DNA from: Desulfobulbus propionicus DSM 2032
GTDB taxonomy: Bacteria; Desulfobacterota; Desulfobulbia; Desulfobulbales; Desulfobulbaceae
Assembly: GCF_000186885.1 (NCBI RefSeq)
Contig: NC_014972.1
Span: forward strand, 2,430,001 to 2,462,000
DNA: 32,000 nucleotides
Direction of reading: 5' to 3'
The position numbers and the translations under genes were made by a program. The notes under the pieces were generated by a model. It was not told the origin of the DNA and did no database searches. It saw nothing but the letters and a program-made list of their open reading frames with translations. This document shows positions 25,229-32,000 of the stretch, piece by piece; within the stretch, counting starts at the first letter, position 1, and each line of letters begins with the position of its first letter.

Positions 25229-27204
25229 CTGCTGCCCGGCTCCGGCGCTGCCTCGCCCATGCGGGAGAGCACCAGATGATAGTTGCGCACCAACCGGGTG
25301 CGGAAACCCGCCTCGCAGTAGCTGAAATAGTACTCCCATTGGCGCAGGAACCGTTCGTCAAAGCCAAGATCCAACACCCGCTGCCGCTGGGCACGCAGGG
25401 CCTCCCGCCACAGTTCCAGGGTGCGGACATAGTGGAGGCCGATATCCTCCAGGCTGGTGATGTTGAACCGGGTGGTGCGGGCCATGGCCTCGACCAGGGC
25501 ACCCAACGAGGGCAGATGGCCGCCGGGAAAGATGTGCTTGCGGATCCAGTCCGAACCCAGGCGGTAGGAACGGTATTTCTGGTCGGGCATGGTGATCGCC
25601 TGCAGCACAACCCGTCCGCCGGGCAGAAGCAGACGATCGAGTTCAGCGAAATAGCGGGGCAGATGCCGGTGGCCCACGGCCTCGATCATCTCGATGGAGA
25701 CAATGGCGCTGAACTGTCCCTGCACATGGCGATAATCGGTCAGCTGCACCTCGATCCGGTCGTCCAGGCCCTCTTCACGCACCCGCCGGCTGACCCAGTC
25801 GTACTGTTCACGGGAGACGGTGATGGCCAGCAGATGGCAGCCGGTGGCGCGTACCGCCTCCAGGGCAAAACCGCCCCAGCCGCAGCCGATTTCCAACACC
25901 CGATCGTCCGGGCCGATCCCGGCCAGTTCCAGCACCCGGCGGATCTTGTGGTGCTGCGCCTGTTCCAGGCTGTCGTGTTCGTCCACAAACAGACCGCTGG
26001 AATAACACATGGTCGGATCGAGGAACAGGGCGTAGAGTTCGTTGCCAAGGTCATAATGGGCACTGATGTTGCGCCGGCTGCCGGCCGGGGTGTTGTCCCG
26101 CCGGAGATGAAGAAGGAAATTCACCGCCCGTCCGGCCAGGGCCGGCCACAAGCGCCGGTCATTGACCGCCTCTTCCCGCAGGCAGAGCAGAGTCAGCAGG
26201 GCCGCCAGATCCGGACTGTCCCAGTCACCCTCCACATAGGATTCACCAAAGCCGATGTCCGCGGCGAGCATGGCCCGCTGAAAAAAGCGGTGGCGATGGA
26301 CGGTCATCGCCACCTGCGGCGTGCCCTCCAAGGTGCCAAAGACATGCTGCTGACCGTCCGGGGTGGTCAGGGTCATCTGGCCGTGATCGAGCTGGGCAAA
26401 AAAACGGGTCATCACCCGTTTCCCTAGCCGTTCCAGCAGCGAGGGCGGCACGGGGCGAATGGTCAAGGGCGAGCAGGGATCGGGTTTGGCAAAGACCGGC
26501 AATCGCTTCTGCAGATACAGGCGGGCTGCCTGCCAGAGAATGCGGGGAAAGGTCATGCCTGCCCGCAGCGGATGGAGCAGCACGGTGCGGGCCATGATCT
26601 GGGACGTCAGGGGGCTGGCGGTTCCGGTGAACGAGGCCCGCAGGGCCAACTGGTCGTCAAGAAAATAGCTGATCTCAAGCGACAGGCTGTCCCCCGGTTC
26701 GGAGAGGCGGAACTGGTAGCGTCCCCGGCGCGGGAAAAACGGAGAGACGTGAAAGGCCTTGTCGGCCTGAAAGGATTGACCGTCCTCCTCGGGTGTGAGC
26801 AGGTAGAGATGGGTTTCGCCAAAGGTGTTGTTGACCTGGGCGAGCACGGCAAAGAGCCTGTTGGTCGCATCGTAACAGTAGAAGAAGTTGACCGGGTTGA
26901 ACACGTACAGAAACTGGCGCAGCGCGGTGACCAGGACGATGCGGCCGGGGATCTGGTCCATGCCGTTGTCGCGCAGGGCCCGCCGCACCTTGTCGACCAG
27001 GGGCGACTCACCCGGATACAGGTAGTCGCGATCAAAGAGGGCCAACGGCCGCGGTCGGTTATGACCAAACCAGCTGGACTGCTGCTCCAACCGGTCGAGC
27101 TCGTCCAGATCCAGGGCGTACAGATGGAGGAGATAGGCAAAACTGTGTTCGACCGCATGGGTGCGGGCGTGGCGCAGTTGCCCGGTATAGAGTGTGGAGT
27201 TCAC
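25225..27204 (-). CDS. Fusion: DUF1365 domain + cyclopropane-fatty-acyl-phospholipid synthase-like methyltransferase
   Basis: N-term LYTGQLRHARTHAVEHSFAYLLHLYALDLDEL...FNPVNFFYCYD (DUF1365); C-term ISAHYDLGNELYALFLDPTMCYSSGLF...LEIGCGWGGFALEA...TVSREQYDW...IEAVGHRHLPRYF...IRKHIFPGGHLPS (CFA synthase). Confidence 0.93.
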   Translation of the reverse strand: MNSTLYTGQLRHARTHAVEHSFAYLLHLYALDLDELDRLEQQSSWFGHNRPRPLALFDRDYLYPGESPLVDKVRRALRDNGMDQIPGRIVLVTALRQFLYVFNPVNFFYCYDATNRLFAVLAQVNNTFGETHLYLLTPEEDGQSFQADKAFHVSPFFPRRGRYQFRLSEPGDSLSLEISYFLDDQLALRASFTGTASPLTSQIMARTVLLHPLRAGMTFPRILWQAARLYLQKRLPVFAKPDPCSPLTIRPVPPSLLERLGKRVMTRFFAQLDHGQMTLTTPDGQQHVFGTLEGTPQVAMTVHRHRFFQRAMLAADIGFGESYVEGDWDSPDLAALLTLLCLREEAVNDRRLWPALAGRAVNFLLHLRRDNTPAGSRRNISAHYDLGNELYALFLDPTMCYSSGLFVDEHDSLEQAQHHKIRRVLELAGIGPDDRVLEIGCGWGGFALEAVRATGCHLLAITVSREQYDWVSRRVREEGLDDRIEVQLTDYRHVQGQFSAIVSIEMIEAVGHRHLPRYFAELDRLLLPGGRVVLQAITMPDQKYRSYRLGSDWIRKHIFPGGHLPSLGALVEAMARTTRFNITSLEDIGLHYVRTLELWREALRAQRQRVLDLGFDERFLRQWEYYFSYCEAGFRTRLVRNYHLVLSRMGEAAPEPGSR

Positions 27205-29291
27205 CGTGTTGCCTCCAGGTGGGCCACCGCCTGATGACTGGAGCGGACCGCGTCCTCATGGAACCCCCAGCCAAAGTAGCTGCCGCAAAACCAGGTCTGG
27301 CGCACGCCGTTGAGCGACGGCAGGCCTGGCTGGGTGGCCATGGAACCGGTGGTGTAGGTGGGATGATGGTAGACCATGGTGGCTACCACCTGACGCGGGT
27401 CGTAGCCCTCTGGCCGGTTGAGGGTGACCAGGTAGTGGTTGCGGGTGGTGAGCCCCTGGAGGATGTTCATCGAATAGGTCACGTAGACGCCCTGTTCCGG
27501 ACCGGCCTCCCGCCGGAAATTCCAGCAGGCCCAGGCGCGGGACAGCGGCGGCAGCACGGACAGGTCGGTGTGGAGCACCGTGGTGTTGGCCTCGTACTGC
27601 CAGGCTCCGAGCAGGCGGGCCTCCTCCGCGGTTGGATCGGCCAGCAACCGCAGGGCCTGGTCGGCGTGGGTGGCGATCACCACCCGGTCAAACCGTTCCT
27701 GATGCTGATCGGCGAACTCCAGAAGCACGCCCTCCTCGGTGCGGCGGATCCGCTCGATGGCGCTGTTGAGGCGGATGGTGCCGGTGAACCGGTCGGCAAA
27801 GGCCTTGACATACCTGTGGCTGCCCCCGCAGACGGTGCGCCAGCGCGGCCGGTTGTGGAGGGAGAGCAGACCGTGATTGCTGAAGAAACGCAGAAACGGC
27901 CGGGCCGGGAAGGCCGTGACCTGACCGGCGGGTGTCGACCAGATGGCCGCTGCCATGGGCTTGAGGTAGTTGTCCACCATGAAAGGCATGAAGCGGTGGC
28001 GGCGGACATAGTCCTCCAGGGTGCCGAGGTCGTTCTCATCGGTCAGGTCGGCGCTGGCCTGGCGGCAGAATCGTCCGATTTCGAGCAGAAAGCGGTAGAA
28101 TTGCGGCCGCAGCAGATTGGCGCGCTGGGCAAAGAGGCCGTTGAAGGTATTGCCGGCGTAGATGAGATCGGTCTGGCGGCAATACAGCCCAAAAGACATC
28201 TCGGTTTCGCGGGAGGCCACCCCTAGTTCGTCGAGGAAGGCGATGAACATGGGATAGGTGGCCTCATTGAAGACGATGAAACCGGTGTCCACCGGGGTGC
28301 CGGCGTCCGGACCGTCGGCGATGACCACCGTGTGGGTATGACCGCCCAAGCGTTCGGCCTGTTCAAACAGGGTGACCCGATAGTTCTTCTGCAGCCGATG
28401 GGCGGCGACAATGCCCGCCACTCCGGCGCCGATCACCGCTATCTGCTGTCCCTTCACCGCGCTGCCGTGCTCCATTAGTCCTCCATAGGTGTGGTTGGTG
28501 GGTTTGTTGGGATGTTCCGGCCGTGGCAACCAGGGGAAAAAGGCGTTGGTCCTGGCCTTGTAGGCCGCAAACTCGGGGTTGCCGCTGTATTTGGCCTCCA
28601 GCATGGGAATACCGGAAACCTTGAGCAGGAGAAAGCAGATGGTCAGCGGGCTGATCAGGCCGTACCAGCCGGCCGGTGCGCCCAGGCCGATGAGAAAGAT
28701 CCCCCACCAGAGCACGGCCTCACCGAAATAGTTGGGATGGCGGGTGTAGCGCCACAACCCGTGCTGGATGATCCGGCCCCGGTTGGCGGGATCGGCCTTG
28801 AACCGGGTCAGCTGCCAGTCGCCAACCGCCTCGAACCCAAACCCGATCGCGAACAGCGCAAGCCCCAGTCCGTCGGTCCAGGCAAACGCTGTGCCCGGAT
28901 TGCTGATCGTCAGCAGCACCGGCGTGGCAATCACCACCACCACCATGCCCTGAAGTAGGTAGATCTGCAGAAAGCTGCGCCAGATCAGAGTGCGGCCCCA
29001 CTGTTCGCGAAAGGAGCGGTAGCGAAAATCCTCGCCCCGCCCCCGGTGGCGCAGGGCGATATGCAGGCCCAGACGCAGTCCCCACAGGGTAAGCAGGACC
29101 AACAGCAGCAGCGGCCGGAAATGGAGCGGCGGGGGAACGACTGTCAGCCAGGCTCCCCAGCCGGCCAGAATAAAGGCCGGGCCGTAGGCAATATCGATCA
29201 GGCTGTTATCCTTGACCAACAAACCCACCCCATACATGCAGCACATGCCGCCCAGCACCAGCAGGGTTGCCGTCAAAAACGGTCCGTCCAT
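27201..29291 (-). CDS. Fusion: DUF1295/steroid-5-alpha-reductase-like membrane domain + FAD-dependent amine oxidase-like domain
   Basis: N-term SLIDIAYGPAFIL...GLWRYTRHPNYFGEAVLWWGIFL (DUF1295); C-term IAVIGAGVAGIVAAHRLQKNYRVTLFEQAERLGGHTHTV...DTGFIVFNEATYP...THADQALRLL...CGSYFGWGFHEDAVRSS. Confidence 0.92.
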   Translation of the reverse strand: MDGPFLTATLLVLGGMCCMYGVGLLVKDNSLIDIAYGPAFILAGWGAWLTVVPPPLHFRPLLLLVLLTLWGLRLGLHIALRHRGRGEDFRYRSFREQWGRTLIWRSFLQIYLLQGMVVVVIATPVLLTISNPGTAFAWTDGLGLALFAIGFGFEAVGDWQLTRFKADPANRGRIIQHGLWRYTRHPNYFGEAVLWWGIFLIGLGAPAGWYGLISPLTICFLLLKVSGIPMLEAKYSGNPEFAAYKARTNAFFPWLPRPEHPNKPTNHTYGGLMEHGSAVKGQQIAVIGAGVAGIVAAHRLQKNYRVTLFEQAERLGGHTHTVVIADGPDAGTPVDTGFIVFNEATYPMFIAFLDELGVASRETEMSFGLYCRQTDLIYAGNTFNGLFAQRANLLRPQFYRFLLEIGRFCRQASADLTDENDLGTLEDYVRRHRFMPFMVDNYLKPMAAAIWSTPAGQVTAFPARPFLRFFSNHGLLSLHNRPRWRTVCGGSHRYVKAFADRFTGTIRLNSAIERIRRTEEGVLLEFADQHQERFDRVVIATHADQALRLLADPTAEEARLLGAWQYEANTTVLHTDLSVLPPLSRAWACWNFRREAGPEQGVYVTYSMNILQGLTTRNHYLVTLNRPEGYDPRQVVATMVYHHPTYTTGSMATQPGLPSLNGVRQTWFCGSYFGWGFHEDAVRSSHQAVAHLEATR

Positions 29292-29321
29292 GTGCAGGTC
29301 TCCGTTGGTAGCGAAGCTGTT

Positions 29322-29732
29322 CTATGTCGCCAGCCGCAGGCCGATCAGGTAGGCCGCGCCGCTGACCAGGGTGCAGAGGATCGTGCCCCAGGCCATGTCG
29401 ACCACGGTGACCAGCAGCGGCCAGTCGCGCAGAGTGGCCAGGTTGGTCAGATCGTAGGTGCCGTAGGTAAAAAAACCAAAGAGCGCGCCCAGTAGGCAGG
29501 CCTTGGCCAGGGAATGGGCTTCAAGTGCGGGACGAACCGCAAAAAAGAGGATACCGGCGATGTAAAAGCCGTAAAAGAGCAAGGCGGCCGGCCAGTTGAC
29601 CTGCGGGCTGAGCAGCGCATGGAGCTGCTGTTTGTAGAAATTTCTTGCCACCACGCCGAGCCAGAGCATGTCGATGGCAAAGAACACGGGGACGGTCAAC
29701 AGGTACAGCTTCAACCACAGTGAGCCGTTCAT
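29322..29732 (-). CDS. DUF2177 family integral membrane protein
   Basis: LKLYLLTVPVFFAIDMLWLGVVARNFYKQQL...GALFGFFTYGTYDLTNLATLRDWPLLVTVVDMAWGTILC. Confidence 0.88.
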   Translation of the reverse strand: MNGSLWLKLYLLTVPVFFAIDMLWLGVVARNFYKQQLHALLSPQVNWPAALLFYGFYIAGILFFAVRPALEAHSLAKACLLGALFGFFTYGTYDLTNLATLRDWPLLVTVVDMAWGTILCTLVSGAAYLIGLRLAT

Positions 29733-29882
29733 AGGCGTACTCTCCAGTGCATGAAGATCTGATGTCGCGTTCAGGTAGACCGTGATCAAGCAAGGGGAGC
29801 TCTACACCCCTGCCACTCCATCTTGGCTAACGTTGGGGAAAAAAATAAGACGACCTCCGCAAAAAACAAGCAATCGGCAACG

Positions 29883-30371
29883 CTACCGCAAGGATTTTTC
29901 TTGAAAGTTTGTTGGGCCGCCGTCCATGCCCAGCACCCGCACCTCCTGAAAGTGGCTGACCACGATATAGCGGCTGACGGTGATTGCAATCACGGCGGTG
30001 CTCGGCTCATCGGCAAAACCACCCAACTCCGGGTGCCGCTTGCGCAAGAGCTGCAACAACTCCTCCCTGGCAGCCCCCTGCGCTTCGGCGGCGGTACCGA
30101 GCGCGGTCACGGCCACACCCCGGGCAAGATCGACTGGCTGATTGCTCCGATTGTCGATGAGCAGCGCGACCTGCGGGCGCGACTCGATGTTGCGGAACTT
30201 CTGGGTGGCGCGGCTGGTCAGGAAAATCAGGCGGCCGAGATCGGGAGTGACGGCAAAGGCGACCAGGCTGGTATAGGGGCCGGAGCCGCTGTCGGTGGCG
30301 ACGACCGCCAGCCGCTGCTGGCCAAACAGGGTGATCAGCTGGCTGTTGATGGGGACTGGATCAATATCCAT
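29883..30371 (-). CDS. Pyridoxamine 5'-phosphate oxidase-like (FMN-binding split barrel) protein
   Basis: LAVVATDSGSGPYTSLVAFAVTPDLGRLIFLTSRATQKFRNIESRPQVALLIDNR. Confidence 0.8.
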   Translation of the reverse strand: MDIDPVPINSQLITLFGQQRLAVVATDSGSGPYTSLVAFAVTPDLGRLIFLTSRATQKFRNIESRPQVALLIDNRSNQPVDLARGVAVTALGTAAEAQGAAREELLQLLRKRHPELGGFADEPSTAVIAITVSRYIVVSHFQEVRVLGMDGGPTNFQEKSLR

Positions 30372-30471
30372 TCATTTCTCCATTTTTTTTTAAAGCGACC
30401 TTGCGCACAATCAAACAATAACTATTATCAAAAAATAGCAAACCTTTCACTTCAACCTGAGGAGAACGACC

Positions 30472-30678
30472 ATGGCTGATGAGAACAAAGAGTATCAACA
30501 GATGAGCAGCTCCGGTGGCGGTTATGAATCAATGGTTTGGATCCGGGACAAGGATGGCAAAGAATATGCTTGCTACCTCAAGGACATCAAAAACATTAAA
30601 CGCAAGGAGGATTTGAGCGAGGACGAAAAGGCCAAATGCCTGGACGTCAGCCAGATTGTCGGTACGGAACGCTGGTAA
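30472..30678 (+). CDS. Small hypothetical protein (68 aa)
   Basis: GAGGAG RBS before ATG; YESMVWIRDKDGKEYACYLKDIKN; followed by its own terminator; divergent from the upstream gene. Confidence 0.7.
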   Translation: MADENKEYQQMSSSGGGYESMVWIRDKDGKEYACYLKDIKNIKRKEDLSEDEKAKCLDVSQIVGTERW

Positions 30679-30703
30679 CCGTTCATCCTCCTGTGAGTTA
30701 TAT

Positions 30704-30735
30704 GGCCTGTCCGCTCAGCGGGCAGGCCTTTTTTT
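30704..30735. terminator. Intrinsic terminator
   Basis: GGCCTGTCCGC-TCA-GCGGGCAGGCC stem (11 bp, one G-U) followed by T7, directly downstream of the 68-aa gene. Confidence 0.85.
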
Positions 30736-31315
30736 ATCCCCGGCGCATCGGCCTGCGCTCCGGCACCGGCAGGCGGGGGATGGCGCCTCGATTCCAGGCC
30801 TCGGATACATACAGCTGGCAGTAACAGGCGCCGAACTCGGCAACATCGGGTTGCCGGTAGACACAGGGACAGATGATATCCGCATCCTGCTCGCGCTTTC
30901 CCGTGGCCAGCCGGCAAGGGCAGGACATGTAGCCGTAGCGGTCACGATTGATCAGCAGGCCGCGCAGCAGATCAAAGGTGCGTTCCCGGTCGTTGTTGAA
31001 CCAATACCCCTTTGCCTCCTGTGTTGTTTTCAGGCGGTCATAGAGCTCATCGACCTCGGTGCGGATGCCGATGGCCTCCTTGATCTCCTGCACCTGGAAG
31101 CCGACAATCACCTGCTCGCCAACCACGGTGGTGGGAAACGAACATTGGGGATTGATCGCCTGCAACTCGGCCACCAGGGCCTCGCGCTCCGCATCCGCCA
31201 GCAGGTCGGCCTCGACGTAGTCATGGGCCACGCCAAGATCGTCCAGCATCTTCTTGATGGCCTGACAGTAGGCACAGGTTGACAATCCGTAAAGTTTGAC
31301 GGTTTTCGCTGTCAT
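30734..31315 (-). CDS. Fusion: glutaredoxin-like domain + ferredoxin:thioredoxin reductase catalytic (beta) subunit-like domain
   Basis: N-term KLYGLSTCAYCQAIKKMLDDLGV; C-term CPCRLATGKREQDADIICPCVYRQPDVAEFGACYC matches the FTR CPC...CPC...CxC cluster/disulfide pattern. Confidence 0.88.
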   Translation of the reverse strand: MTAKTVKLYGLSTCAYCQAIKKMLDDLGVAHDYVEADLLADAEREALVAELQAINPQCSFPTTVVGEQVIVGFQVQEIKEAIGIRTEVDELYDRLKTTQEAKGYWFNNDRERTFDLLRGLLINRDRYGYMSCPCRLATGKREQDADIICPCVYRQPDVAEFGACYCQLYVSEAWNRGAIPRLPVPERRPMRRG

Positions 31316-31409
31316 GTCGATCGATGATTCCTCCCAAAGGGTGTTTCCTTGTTCAAGCCAGCCACGCTGTGCATCGCTGCTCGGTATGGGGCCGCCACAT
31401 TCAGTCCGT

Positions 31410-32000
31410 CTACTGTTCACGGGCGTAGACCAGTACCGGTTCCGCCTCCACCCGCTCGATCCCCAGGGTAAAGGCCCTGCATCGGTAGCGCCCGCCGGCG
31501 AGCCGGGAGAGATCGAGCCCCTCGATGATCAGAATATCCTGTTCCAGCAAGTGGATATGGGTCGGATGTCCGGGTTGCGCCCGTTCGATGCCCGGCTGAT
31601 CAATGCCGACAAACCGCAGCGGGCGACTGGCCAACCAAGCGGCCGCCTCGGCGTTCACCGCCGGAAACAGGGGATCGAACGCGGCCAGCGGCTGTTCCAG
31701 GGTACGGAAAAACACGGCCTCGATCCCCTCGAGGGGCAGATCATGCACCTCGGCCAGAGTGATTGCCGCAGGCGGCTGCGGGCACAGGTCGACCACCAGG
31801 GCCGTGAATTCGTCCGGAAAGCGCCGATAATCGCTGGAACACTTGCCGCCGGCAATGGCGTGGAGCGGATAGTCGACATGGGTGCCGGTGTGCAGGGGCA
31901 GGTGCAGGGTGGATTCGTGCATGCCGTGGCGGCTGAAATCACGGGTGGTCTCGATGCTCGGCCGCTTGTCGGGCGCATTCTTGTAGACCATCATCTGTTC
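31410..32000 (-). CDS. Cyclase family protein (kynurenine formamidase-like), probably truncated at window edge
   Basis: HTGTHVDYPLHAIAGGKCSSDY (metal-binding HxGTHxDxPxH) and RFVGIDQPGIE; the usual N-terminal part would lie beyond 32000. Confidence 0.8.
   Translation of the reverse strand, partial: EQMMVYKNAPDKRPSIETTRDFSRHGMHESTLHLPLHTGTHVDYPLHAIAGGKCSSDYRRFPDEFTALVVDLCPQPPAAITLAEVHDLPLEGIEAVFFRTLEQPLAAFDPLFPAVNAEAAAWLASRPLRFVGIDQPGIERAQPGHPTHIHLLEQDILIIEGLDLSRLAGGRYRCRAFTLGIERVEAEPVLVYAREQ

Noticed and set aside
25276-26427. 383-aa plus-strand ORF
   Set aside because: Antisense to the DUF1365-CFA synthase fusion; no motif support.
27192-28226. 344-aa plus-strand ORF
   Set aside because: Antisense to the FAD oxidoreductase domain; shadow composition.
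1-32000. CRISPR arrays, tRNA/rRNA genes, intact transposases or integrases
   Set aside because: Scanned by eye for regularly spaced repeats and characteristic sequences; none convincing. A tool-based scan (tRNAscan-SE, Infernal, CRISPRCasFinder, ISfinder) would be needed to exclude them firmly.

Overview
GC-rich, densely coded chromosomal window, probably from an anaerobic deltaproteobacterium-like organism (inference from gene content only). It holds about 29 supportable protein-coding genes or remnants. I see no rRNA, tRNA, CRISPR or intact mobile element. Main blocks: (1) ~4.5-10.9 kb, a four-gene operon encoding NuoE/HydC-like and NuoF/HydB-like subunits, an 834-aa NuoG-like + degenerate molybdopterin-domain + NfnA-like fusion, and an NfnB/GltD-like subunit. 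This looks like a hybrid of the Hyd/Stn and Nfn electron-bifurcating modules and is the strongest candidate for an undescribed system. (2) ~11.0-16.3 kb, a co-directional cluster of macrodomain, AIG2/gamma-glutamylcyclotransferase-like, hydantoinase/oxoprolinase, and histone-deacetylase-family protein with a Cys-rich tail, followed by signal peptidase I and a membrane-anchored hypothetical. (3) ~18.9-21.7 kb, a CsoR-family regulator, P1B ATPase and GNAT protein with a clear palindromic operator candidate. (4) ~21.8-23.6 kb, a decayed defence/restriction-type locus (HTH, methylase/specificity chimera, DUF1016/YhcG nuclease, Fic fragment) with several inferable frameshifts and an adjacent REPIN-like inverted repeat pair. 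(5) ~23.9-29.8 kb, a lipid-modification operon with two two-domain fusions (DUF1295+FAD oxidoreductase and DUF1365+cyclopropane-fatty-acyl synthase). (6) A glutaredoxin + ferredoxin:thioredoxin-reductase-beta fusion near the right edge. All family calls come from reading the protein sequence; no database search was run.
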